Of a stretch of DNA of 56,966 nucleotides, positions 23,640-32,751 are shown one piece after another. The first letter of the stretch is position 1, and the number at the start of each line of letters is the position of its first letter. This DNA is from a virus: the IMG/VR virus record IMGVR_UViG_3300012078_000003. One strand, 5' to 3'. The translations under genes and the position numbers were made by a program. Under the pieces are notes generated by a model. The model was not told where the DNA came from and did no database searches. It saw nothing but the letters and a program-made list of their open reading frames with translations.

Positions 23640-24895
23640 AGTGTGGAAATGCGTTGATAGCCAAATATCGGCTATATCAGCACCCCACGATGCGGAACAG
23701 GGCAGAAACAGTTAACGACACTGCCCGGATGGCCGCATAGCCGATAACGCTACGAGCGTTCAAATATACACGATCCAGCAAATACCCGGCGTGTCCGGGC
23801 GGTAATTGCCGGATGGAAAGGGGGATGGACGGCATGAAGCGATGTTGTAAGCCTTTTAAAAACATGAATGAAAATATGATGTGATCTGCCTGCGGCGGCG
23901 CCATGAGTGTGCCATGCCTTGCGGCCACAAACGAGTGTGAGCCGCATAAAACCATTCGATGCCATGAGAGCAACGGAGGGCACAAAAATGAAGTAGTTAT
24001 TTTAAGCGCTTAAAAGAATATACTACAAGGCCGCTGGACAAAAGTGCGGCGGCCTATCTATCGGCATAAGGATTTATGCAGGTTCAACTCCTGCAATGCT
24101 GAAACCTTCCTTTCAATCCCTCCCTATCCCGCTGGCTACGGCTGGCGGGAACGAATGCTAAATATCAACGCACAGTATGGCTGTGCCAACAACCAAGCCA
24201 AAAACATAATGCCAGCAAATGCCTTTCTCGAATAATCTTGACAGGGGCAAAACAATCCCTGACGGCTACGGTTTCGAGATTGAGAATAGCTGAGAGGAAA
24301 TTATAATAATTAATCGCGGGGATTTGCATTGTGTTCCCCGGCTTGATTGTTGATATGATTTAATCAGCGCGGAGCTGTTTAGATACCAGGGGATTATGTA
24401 GTTGTCGGTTCCACGAAGCCCACAAATCGGTTGAACCGTCCGCGAAGGCGTATACTACCGCACGGCGTACAGGAAACAGAGTGCTATAGGTTCCCTTGCA
24501 ATAGGGTTTTCGACACGCTATCGGAAAGACAAATATTGCATGGCAGCCGGGAAATAGCGGCAAGCTAGAATGGTAAAACTTTCATTCAACCCTGTTATAC
24601 AGGCTGAATGTATCGGGGAAGTTTCATCTTGATAGCCGGTAACGGGTGCGGATGTTTATAACCGATTGATCTTACCCATGGGAGCCGCGCCTAGCTAACG
24701 CGGTTAATATTCAATAAGCCGCTACACCGGCAGCGGGATATAAAAGGGCGGTAATGAAGATGCCGCAATCCCGCCCACGTAATTCCTGCCTGAGTTGGCA
24801 GTGAGGTGGGCGGGGTGAGTGGCGAAATCAAATGAGGCCGCCGTCCTTTTCAGGCAATCACCGACCGCCCACACAATCAACAGCCTTGCGCTGAT
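23640..24895 (+). ncRNA. Candidate large structured ncRNA region (possibly two RNAs)
   Basis: No SD-preceded ORF for 1.25 kb. Dense nested helices. C(UACG)G tetraloop hairpin and G.U pairs valid only on the + strand. Confidence 0.45.
24280..24307 (+). promoter_or_regulatory. SigmaA-like promoter inside the noncoding region
   Basis: TTGAGA-16 nt-TATAAT. Confidence 0.35.
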
Positions 24896-24909
24896 AGGGG
24901 GATAAGTTT

Positions 24910-25134
24910 ATGAGTAATCAACTTACATATGAGCAGCTTTTGGATATGGAAGGCCAAATCGTTAGGGTTGTCGATAGGGAATGTGACTATCACAGCCAGA
25001 TATGCGAAGTCTCATTATCGAATGATGATGCGGGAGATTTGTGGCTTACACTTTCGAATGGCGGATATGAATTTGCATATGATCCCGCTGGAAAATGTGT
25101 AGATGGAGAATTTGAAGCCTATTTGGTTGAATAA
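24910..25134 (+). CDS. Hypothetical acidic protein (74 aa)
   Basis: GGGGGA SD. Track ORF. Confidence 0.7.
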   Translation: MSNQLTYEQLLDMEGQIVRVVDRECDYHSQICEVSLSNDDAGDLWLTLSNGGYEFAYDPAGKCVDGEFEAYLVE

Positions 25135-25298
25135 CCCGGCCTCCGCAGGCCGAACAAATTGAATAATTACGTCTCGCATTCGCGGGGCGTTTTTATATCC
25201 CAAAATTCGGGGATAGAGTAGCGCACTCGAAAAACGGAAAGCCTTATCCGTCCTCCCCGGATTAAATTTTAAGGCGTTACGGAAAGGCGGTAATATGA

Positions 25299-26036
25299 GT
25301 GAAACATATTGCTAGTTGCAGTTTTGGCGAAGATAGCATGGCTACAGTGATCACAGCAAGAAGACAAAATGAGCCACTTGACGAAGTTGTTTACTGTGAG
25401 GTTATGTTTGATAAGGGTATCAGCGGGGAAATCCCGGAGCATCGAGAGTTTATATATAGCACAGCAATTCCAAGACTGAAATCATGGGGAATAAAAACTA
25501 CCGTCCTACAATCAACATGGACATATATCGACCATTTTAATTTTGTAATCACGAGAGGCGAGAGAAAAGGAAAGCTACGCTCATTTGCGCTCTGTGGAAT
25601 CTGCTCTGTGAAGCGAGATTGTAAATTACCTCCTATCGCGCAATACCAAAAATCCTTGTCAGATGATGTTGTCCAGTATATCGGAATTTGCAATGACGAA
25701 GAAGATCGGCTGTTAAGCATGGATGGGATATCACTGCTCGAAAAGTATGGGATATCCAAGTCGATGACCGGCGATATATGCAAGTCGGAGGGAATGAGAT
25801 CGCCCATTTATGAGTTCACAAACCGTGGGGGTTGCTGGTTTTGCCCGAACGCCAAGGAAAAGGAGCTGCGTCACCTATACGATCATCACCCTGATTTATG
25901 GGTGAAAATGCTTGAATTACAGGCATTGCCAAACAAGGCAACGGATAAATTCAATCGCACTATGAGATTTGACGAAATAGACGCAAATTTCCGGTTTGAT
26001 GATATGCAAATGAATTTATGCGAACAAGGCGCATAG
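25299..26036 (+). CDS. PAPS-reductase/PP-loop-like protein (IbrA-like)
   Basis: N-terminal SCSFGEDS (degenerate SGGxDS). C-terminal GGCWFCPN. Typical terminase-proximal phage gene. Confidence 0.7.
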   Translation: MKHIASCSFGEDSMATVITARRQNEPLDEVVYCEVMFDKGISGEIPEHREFIYSTAIPRLKSWGIKTTVLQSTWTYIDHFNFVITRGERKGKLRSFALCGICSVKRDCKLPPIAQYQKSLSDDVVQYIGICNDEEDRLLSMDGISLLEKYGISKSMTGDICKSEGMRSPIYEFTNRGGCWFCPNAKEKELRHLYDHHPDLWVKMLELQALPNKATDKFNRTMRFDEIDANFRFDDMQMNLCEQGA

Positions 26037-26117
26037 CATATCTTATAACGCCCCTTGCGGGCTATCAAACAAGCACCTAAAAGGGTGCTTTTATTATATC
26101 AAAATTGAGGTGAGGTG

Positions 26118-26495
26118 ATGGCGCTAACTGAAAAGCAGAAGCGATTTATTGATTACTATGTCGAGACTGGCAACCAAACCGAAGCGGCGCGTCTTGCTGG
26201 CTATAAGCAACCTCATGTCCAAGGCGCTCAAAACTTAGAAAAACTTAGAGATTACATAGAGGAACGTAATGAAGTCTTAGAGAGCCAAAGAATCGCCAAT
26301 ATGACAGAGGTGAAAGAGTTTTGGAGTGCTATACTTCGCAGTGAGGATGAAAATGTCCGCGACAGGCTGAAAGCCTCTGAATATATTGCCAAGACCAACG
26401 CGGCGTTTGTTGATAAGGTTGAGCATGGTGGCGATATCGAATTTAATATAAAAATAGATTACGGTGATGGTGATGAGGAAGACGATACAATTTAA
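26118..26495 (+). CDS. terS: Terminase small subunit
   Basis: LTEKQKRFIDYYVETGNQTEAARLAGY. Confidence 0.85.
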   Translation: MALTEKQKRFIDYYVETGNQTEAARLAGYKQPHVQGAQNLEKLRDYIEERNEVLESQRIANMTEVKEFWSAILRSEDENVRDRLKASEYIAKTNAAFVDKVEHGGDIEFNIKIDYGDGDEEDDTI

Positions 26496-27699
26496 TACCG
26501 TATTCAAGCCCTTGCATCATTCGCGGCATAGATACGTTGTCATGAAAGGCTCTGCCGGTAGCGGAAAATCTGTTGACGCGGCACAGTCGTATATACTTCG
26601 CTTGATGAAAGATAAGGGACGGAATCTATTGTGTGTGCGCAAGTCGGAAGTGACCAACCGAGATAGCGCATTCGCCGAGCTTATCGGGGCGATCAACCGC
26701 ATGGGATTTGGAAATCACTTTACCGCTACGGTTAATCCTCTAAGCATAACGTGCAAAAACGGAAATAAGGTTATATTCCGAGGTGTCAATGATGAGAAAC
26801 AGAGAGAAAAGCTGAAATCTATCACTTTTGACAAGGGCAAGCTGACTGATGTCTGGATAGAAGAAGCGACAGAGCTTACCCAAAGCGATTTTGAGATTAT
26901 AGATGACCGTTTGCGCGGTGAATTACCATCGGGACAGTTTTACCAGATAAAAATGACCTTTAATCCGGTTAATGTGTCCCATTGGATTAAAAAAGCCTTT
27001 TTTGACACATCCGATCCGAACGTACTGACCCACCATAGCACCTACTTAGATAACCGATTCGTGGATGAAGCCTATAAACAGCGTATGGTGCGCCGTAAAG
27101 AGATTGACCCGGAAGGTTATCGTATATATGGCCTTGGTGAGTGGGGTGAGCTGGGTGGCCTTATCCTGACCAACTGGAAAGTTGGGGGCGAAAACGATAA
27201 GCCTATTTCACAGGATTTGCAGCACTATGACAGCGTGACGGTAGGGCAGGACTTTGGTTTCAACCACGCAAACGCTATTCTGCTTTTGGGCTTTAAGGAC
27301 GGTAATATTTATATCTTGCGGGAAGTATATGTCCACGAAAAGGACACTAGCGAAATCATCCCACTCGCAAAGGATATACCAAAAAACAAGATGATGTATT
27401 GCGACAGCGCCGAACCTGACCGGATTAAGATGTGGCGTACGGCGGGCTATTGGGCTTATCCGGTTGAAAAGGAGCAAGGAAGCGTCAAAGCGCAAATTGA
27501 CTGGCTCAAGCAACGTAAAATATTTGTTCACCCCTCCTGCACAAATACCATACGGGAACTTAATCAATGGAAATGGAAGAAAGACGAGAGGCAAAACATT
27601 TACTTAGATCAGCCGGTGGAGATTTTTGATGACGCTATGGCGGCGCTCCGATATGGAATCGAAGGGCAACGCAAGCCTCGTACATGGTTAAGCGCATAG
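26464..27699 (+). CDS. terL: Terminase large subunit (PBSX-type)
   Basis: Walker A GSAGSGKS. Overlaps the terS end. Exact start (26464/26467/26473) unresolved. Confidence 0.9.
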   Translation: MMVMRKTIQFNTVFKPLHHSRHRYVVMKGSAGSGKSVDAAQSYILRLMKDKGRNLLCVRKSEVTNRDSAFAELIGAINRMGFGNHFTATVNPLSITCKNGNKVIFRGVNDEKQREKLKSITFDKGKLTDVWIEEATELTQSDFEIIDDRLRGELPSGQFYQIKMTFNPVNVSHWIKKAFFDTSDPNVLTHHSTYLDNRFVDEAYKQRMVRRKEIDPEGYRIYGLGEWGELGGLILTNWKVGGENDKPISQDLQHYDSVTVGQDFGFNHANAILLLGFKDGNIYILREVYVHEKDTSEIIPLAKDIPKNKMMYCDSAEPDRIKMWRTAGYWAYPVEKEQGSVKAQIDWLKQRKIFVHPSCTNTIRELNQWKWKKDERQNIYLDQPVEIFDDAMAALRYGIEGQRKPRTWLSA

Positions 27700-27938
27700 C
27701 CGCGAATGGGTTTTTGTTGGGCGGTGAAATCGTGTATTTATATGCAGCGCTAAAAGCCTTGAAATCTATGAATAAATCTATCGAAATTTGACTGTTTATT
27801 GAATATAAATTCAAAAAGTCTCCGAAAATGCGGCAAAACACTTTGTAATACTGAAATAATATGCAGTAAAGACTTATTTAGCGAAATAGAGAACAGTTTT
27901 ACTTGGCAATCAGCCGCAAGGCTTGTTGCGGCATGAGC

Positions 27939-28009
27939 GATTGTACAGTCGCGCCCCGGTTTAACCCGCCGGGGCTTTATCATGTCAATATATGGGTAGG
28001 AGGTACATT
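27939..28009 (+). repeat. Conserved intergenic element copy 1: TTGTACAG + hairpin with TTTAACCCG loop + TATGGGTAGGAGGT
   Basis: Stem GCCCCGG/CCGGGGC. See copy 2 at 30695-30768. Confidence 0.8.
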
Positions 28010-28474
28010 ATGTCATTAACAAAACAGGATTTGCAGTTAAACGAGTATTCGACCAACGGTAGCGCATTGGTGGCAAACATTATTTACGAAGCGATAAAAT
28101 GCAAGGCATATCCGACATTGCCGCGCAAAATAGATGCCATCTGCGAAAAGGCGACAGAGATTTACAAACGGGAATTTGAAAAGATCGGCGGCGATTTTTA
28201 TTATCGGGCGTTCGCCACATATGATGAATTGCTCAATTGGCTAAAGGAGCATATTTTACCTATCCCCGAAATACAGGAGTTGAATTTATCTAAAAATGAA
28301 TTTGACGCTGGAATAACGGTGGATAATCCTGATAGGCCAGCATTTGCCTTTACGTCAAGATACTCACCGGCCATACCAGAAGATGATGATTTTATGGACT
28401 TGGACGCATTCATACGAAATTTGGCGCATGATTTAATGCGTGAGAACATCGAAATAAATTATAGCACATTTTAA
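28010..28474 (+). CDS. Hypothetical protein (154 aa)
   Basis: GTAGGAGG SD then ATG 28010. Confidence 0.7.
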   Translation: MSLTKQDLQLNEYSTNGSALVANIIYEAIKCKAYPTLPRKIDAICEKATEIYKREFEKIGGDFYYRAFATYDELLNWLKEHILPIPEIQELNLSKNEFDAGITVDNPDRPAFAFTSRYSPAIPEDDDFMDLDAFIRNLAHDLMRENIEINYSTF

Positions 28475-28542
28475 ATGATTAGCCCACAGGCTTTTCATAT
28501 AGCATAGACGGTTGTGCATGGCCGTGAGGACAGGAGGTCACT

Positions 28543-28773
28543 ATGACAACGGATGAAAAGATTGATTATCTATATCGCTTTATTAAGGCGCTTGAAGCTA
28601 CAATTCCTAAATATGATGAAAATGGATTAAGAATAGAGAAGTGCTATCTGTGTGGGTCAGAGTTTAAAACTCATCCTGAAATGTGCGTCTCTCAAAGGCT
28701 TCAATTCTATGGGCGTGACGATATTTGCCATGAGTGCATGACAAAGGAATTGGAAAAACGAGGAATATTATAA
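28543..28773 (+). CDS. Hypothetical zinc-ribbon protein
   Basis: AGGAGG SD. CYLCG...CHEC. Confidence 0.7.
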   Translation: MTTDEKIDYLYRFIKALEATIPKYDENGLRIEKCYLCGSEFKTHPEMCVSQRLQFYGRDDICHECMTKELEKRGIL

Positions 28774-28819
28774 CCCACCCCGCCCACCAGCGGGATTTTT
28801 AATGCGGGAAGGGAGCGCA

Positions 28820-29095
28820 ATGAAGATTAATACATGGATAGGCTCATACAAGGTTAGGGCTTTCCCGTGGATTGATGGGGCCTTGCCTTGGATTGGCGAT
28901 AAACTAATATATTTTAACGTGCAATATTACAAGCCGGGTCAATCACTCGCAAAGCCGCCCGCTTGGGACAAAACTGTTTACATTACGGATAACGATGCTG
29001 GGCAACGCATTCTAAGAGATTTCAAAGAATCGTTGTCTGATTATATTGCTATGATGAAAATTGTGGATAATACCAAAGTTGTCTTGACATTTTAA
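28820..29095 (+). CDS. Hypothetical protein (91 aa)
   Basis: GGGAAGGGAG SD then ATG 28820. Confidence 0.65.
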   Translation: MKINTWIGSYKVRAFPWIDGALPWIGDKLIYFNVQYYKPGQSLAKPPAWDKTVYITDNDAGQRILRDFKESLSDYIAMMKIVDNTKVVLTF

Positions 29096-29125
29096 CCCGC
29101 TCACCCCACAGAAAGGAGCGATACC

Positions 29126-30676
29126 TTGACCGAAACGGAACTGATCGGCACTAAAATTGAATTTATGGGCAGAGGACGCACCAATAAGGATATTACCAAG
29201 TCCTTGCTTGAAGAGTGGCGCAATGGTGATAAAAAGCAGAATATTGCGGACATGCTGGACGCCGAAGAATATTTCATGTGCAGAAACATCACCATATCCA
29301 AAAAGCGCCGCGACTTGCCCGATTATGGCGAAAACTCCACGCTATCAAATGCGAAAATCCCGTCCGCGTTCTTGCGCACGAATGTCACGCAAAAGAGCGA
29401 TTATGCGCTTGGCAAGCCATTCCTTATCAGCGTGGAGAGTCCAGTGCCCGAGACGCTTGACGAGGACGGAAATCCGATAGAAGACCCACAAGCCGCAATC
29501 TATCTTGATGAATGGTCGAAGTATCTCTCCCCCGCCCGAAGAAAGACCATAAAGCGCATTGGCAAGCACGGCGCAATCAATAAGGGTATCGGCTGGGCCT
29601 ATATCACCATTGACCAGACCGGAGACCTGCTGATGCAGCATGTGGATTCGGAGCAGCTATATCCGGCCTGGGCAGACAAGGAACATACCATTCTTGACGC
29701 GATTGTACGGGATTACAAGGTTATCCAATATATCAACAACAACCGCGAAGAAATCAATAAGGTTGAATTTTGGAATAAGGATGCCGTTGAACGATACATT
29801 GATGACGGCCACGCCGCGCTGAAGCCCGACCCTGACAATCCGCAGCCTACGGCACACATGGAATTGCCTGGTATCGGTATTGTGTGGGACAGAGTGCCGG
29901 TTATTGCCTTTAAGGGCAACGAAGATGAATTGCCCATGTTGAACATTATCCGGCAGCAGATCGACAATTATGATAAGCTGCAAAGCAAATCAACGGACGC
30001 ACTGCTGGATGATATTGACCCGGTGCTTGCGCTTGAAGGGTATTCGGCAGAACTTGGCGATTTGATAAAGCAGCGCCATATCATGCAGAACTCCCGCATT
30101 GTGGCTATTGGCACAGGTGGTAAGGCGTATTATGTGCAGGCCAATCCCGATATTACGGCGGTGCAGGCTAAGCTTGAGGGCTTGAGGAAGGATATTAGGG
30201 AATTCGGGCAAGCCGTGGACACGCAAGATGTAAAGTTTGGCTCCAATCCCTCGGGAATTGCCCTAAAATCCATGTACCAAGATTTGGACACCTACACAAA
30301 CGGCCTTGAAACCGAATTTGAAGTGTTTATGCAGCAGTTGAAGTATTTCTTCGACATATACCTTGAATTCAAGGGAATAGGAACCGCCGAACAGTGGTCG
30401 CAGTATGCCATAACGGTTACACTGAACAGAGATATGATGGTGAATACGGCGGCGGATATGCAGGAAACAGTCTTACTTGGCTCTACCGGCGTAAGTCAGG
30501 AAACGCAGGACGATTGGAACCCAGCAGTGGAATCCCATACCATTGAACAGCAGCGGCGCGAACGTGAAGCAAAGGCAGCCCTGTCCGACATGAACACAGA
30601 GCGCGAACTTGCAAGGCTGAGAGAAGAAAACGAGCGGTTGGCGCGGGAGCGGGAAGAAACGGTAAATAGCCAATAG
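29126..30676 (+). CDS. Portal protein (SPP1 Gp6-like)
   Basis: Size, position after terL, AAAGGAG SD + TTG start. Acidic/coiled C-terminus. Confidence 0.85.
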   Translation: MTETELIGTKIEFMGRGRTNKDITKSLLEEWRNGDKKQNIADMLDAEEYFMCRNITISKKRRDLPDYGENSTLSNAKIPSAFLRTNVTQKSDYALGKPFLISVESPVPETLDEDGNPIEDPQAAIYLDEWSKYLSPARRKTIKRIGKHGAINKGIGWAYITIDQTGDLLMQHVDSEQLYPAWADKEHTILDAIVRDYKVIQYINNNREEINKVEFWNKDAVERYIDDGHAALKPDPDNPQPTAHMELPGIGIVWDRVPVIAFKGNEDELPMLNIIRQQIDNYDKLQSKSTDALLDDIDPVLALEGYSAELGDLIKQRHIMQNSRIVAIGTGGKAYYVQANPDITAVQAKLEGLRKDIREFGQAVDTQDVKFGSNPSGIALKSMYQDLDTYTNGLETEFEVFMQQLKYFFDIYLEFKGIGTAEQWSQYAITVTLNRDMMVNTAADMQETVLLGSTGVSQETQDDWNPAVESHTIEQQRREREAKAALSDMNTERELARLREENERLAREREETVNSQ

Positions 30677-30694
30677 GCTTTTACAGCATGAAAC

Positions 30695-30768
30695 GGTTGT
30701 ACAGCCGACGGAGAGGTTTAACCCGCCTCTCCTTTTTCATGCTTAATATTATGGGTAGGAGGTTAATC
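30695..30768 (+). repeat. Conserved intergenic element copy 2
   Basis: Same flanks and loop as copy 1, but stem GGAGAGG/CCTCTCC (compensatory changes), then TTTTT. Confidence 0.8.
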
Positions 30769-31554
30769 ATGGGAAAAAGTGCTATTGATGCAAAGAGAGG
30801 CGACATTTTCAAGTTAGAGCCGGAGCGCCTAACACTGGTGACAGACAAGAATCATCCATTGTACGACCCGCGCGTTGAGAACGAGCCGAGCGAAAGCATG
30901 ATTGCCAACATTGCCATGCATGGCGTGTTGGAGCCTATTATTGTCCGCAAGAATGGAGACGCGATAGAGGTTGTGGCCGGACGCGGACGCACAAAGGCCG
31001 CATTGGAGGTAAACCGGCGCTTTGCATCAGAGGGCAAGCCGCCACTACTGATACCGGCGATTGTTCGCGGCGGTTCTGATGTTGACTTATTCGGCGTCCT
31101 AATATCGGAAAACGAAATCCGACGCGAGGATAGCGTTATCAACAAAGGTGAAAAAGCCCGCAAGTTACTTAATATGGGGTATACGGCCCAACAGATTGCC
31201 GTAACCTTTGGCGTTACTCGGCAGGCCGTAGAGCAATGGTTAGCAGTGGATGAATTACCGGCCCCGATAAAAGAGGCCGTAGGAAATGGTGAGGTATCCG
31301 CAACAGCCGCCTTGCAAATGTCCGGTCATTCGAGGGAAGAACAAGTCCGACGCTATGAGGACATAAAGCAGCGCGGCGAAAGGCCCACGGTTCATACTAT
31401 GAAAAGCGCCGCCGATTCACCGGATAATAAGGCTGCGCCGAAAATGCGGACACGGCGGGAGATTGAGCGGCGAATAAAGGAATTGTGCGGAAATGACCCA
31501 TATGCAATAATGCAGCGGAAAGCATTGCAATGGGTTTTGGGAATGGATGATTAG
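30769..31554 (+). CDS. ParB N-terminal-domain protein with HTH (IbrB-like)
   Basis: GVLEPIIVRKNGDAIEVVAGRGRTKA...YTAQQIAVTFGVTRQAVEQW. Confidence 0.82.
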   Translation: MGKSAIDAKRGDIFKLEPERLTLVTDKNHPLYDPRVENEPSESMIANIAMHGVLEPIIVRKNGDAIEVVAGRGRTKAALEVNRRFASEGKPPLLIPAIVRGGSDVDLFGVLISENEIRREDSVINKGEKARKLLNMGYTAQQIAVTFGVTRQAVEQWLAVDELPAPIKEAVGNGEVSATAALQMSGHSREEQVRRYEDIKQRGERPTVHTMKSAADSPDNKAAPKMRTRREIERRIKELCGNDPYAIMQRKALQWVLGMDD

Positions 31555-31613
31555 CGGGGGCGATTACGCTCCCGCCCCTCCCGATTGTAGCCCGCTAAAG
31601 GTGGTGATATTCC

Positions 31614-32660
31614 ATTTCTATACTCAACAAATCGAAAGAATCCCAAGAACGGTATTGGTCGGAGCGTGCGGAGCGCGTCATCCTTGCCGCCGAAAAAACC
31701 GCCGAAGAAATGACGGCCGACCTCGCCAAGCTGTACAGAGAAGCACAAAAGGCTATACAAAAGGAAATTGAATCTTTTTATGGCAAATATGCCCGTGACG
31801 TCGGCGTATCCCTCGAAGACGCCCGGAAAGCCCTGAATAAATCCGAGCTGAAATCCTATCTTGAACAGACGCGCGAGTATTACGAAGCTATTGAATCCAC
31901 AGGTTACGCTTTCGACCCCGCCTATCGCCAAAAGCTACACCGGCAACTATCCCTAAAATCAGCCGTGAGCCGTCTGGAGGCCCTGCAATCAGATTGCCAA
32001 TTTCAGATTGAGAAGTTGTATGCGCAGGAGCAGGATGCGTTTAGGGAGGGTTTGAGCGGCTCATATGAGGATGCTTATTATCGGACAATATTCAACATCC
32101 AACAGGGTATTGGTTTCGGCTCTCCGTTTTCGACACTGAATGTTGAAGCTATAGAAAAAGCCGTCTCGCAAAAGTGGTTGGGCGAAAATTATTCTGACCG
32201 CATTTGGACGGATAAAGACCGGCTGACAATCGCAATGGGGCAGATTATTCCAAGAGGAATTGCATTAGGGCAGAATCCGCGCATTATCGGCAAGGACATT
32301 GCTGACCAGTTGGATGTGCGGCGGTCTTATGGGGAGCGGTTGGCAAGAACGGAGTTTTCGCGAATAGCAAATGAAGCGTCATTTGATGCCTACAAGGAAG
32401 TGGGAGTAGAATCATACCAATATCTTGCTACCTTAGACCATAGAACTTCTGAAATATGCCAAGACCTTGACAATAAGGTGTTTGCGCTTTCTGAAAAAAT
32501 GGTAGGAGTCAACTTCCCCCCGGCACACCCGAACTGCCGAAGCACCACAATTCCGTTCTTTCCAGAGGATGAGATTGATAGATTGTTCGCAAAAGCAGAA
32601 CGTATTGCCCGCAACCCCGAGACTGGACAAAACTATTATGTGCCGGCAAATCTATCATAA
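31614..32660 (+). CDS. Head morphogenesis protein (SPP1 gp7 / Mu F family)
   Basis: C-terminal PPAHPNCRST. First ATG is 31710, but the family-typical ..ERYWSERAERV.. N-terminus lies upstream in frame, so a putative ATT start at 31614 after AAAGGTGGTGA is used. Confidence 0.8.
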   Translation: MSILNKSKESQERYWSERAERVILAAEKTAEEMTADLAKLYREAQKAIQKEIESFYGKYARDVGVSLEDARKALNKSELKSYLEQTREYYEAIESTGYAFDPAYRQKLHRQLSLKSAVSRLEALQSDCQFQIEKLYAQEQDAFREGLSGSYEDAYYRTIFNIQQGIGFGSPFSTLNVEAIEKAVSQKWLGENYSDRIWTDKDRLTIAMGQIIPRGIALGQNPRIIGKDIADQLDVRRSYGERLARTEFSRIANEASFDAYKEVGVESYQYLATLDHRTSEICQDLDNKVFALSEKMVGVNFPPAHPNCRSTTIPFFPEDEIDRLFAKAERIARNPETGQNYYVPANLS

Positions 32661-32722
32661 AAAGATTGGCGGGCGGGACTTGAAAAAGACGGAAACAAGG
32701 CGACCTATGAACCGTAAAAACA

Positions 32723-32751
32723 TTGTAATCAAGCCATTTTTGTGATATAAT
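32723..32751 (+). promoter_or_regulatory. Extended -10 promoter of an accessory gene
   Basis: TTGTAA-17-TGaTATAAT. Confidence 0.6.

Noticed and set aside
24061-24100. A tRNA around the TGCAGG-TTCAACT-CCTGCA hairpin
   Set aside because: The T-arm-like hairpin is not accompanied by an anticodon arm with a 7-nt loop or by a pairing acceptor stem. It is treated as a T-loop-like motif within the structured region.
23641-24300. ORF-less group II intron (the interval begins GTGTG)
   Set aside because: I found no domain-V-like hairpin (GAGCCGTAT...ACGGTTC type) on either strand, and there are no flanking exon halves of a split gene.
23677-24563. Track ORFs 23677-23985 (-), 23750-23983 (-), 24044-24235 (+) and 24360-24563 (-) as protein-coding genes
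   Set aside because: None has an SD. They mutually overlap, and their translations are Arg/His/Cys/Pro-rich with no resemblance to the other proteins here. The region is better explained by dense RNA-type helices.
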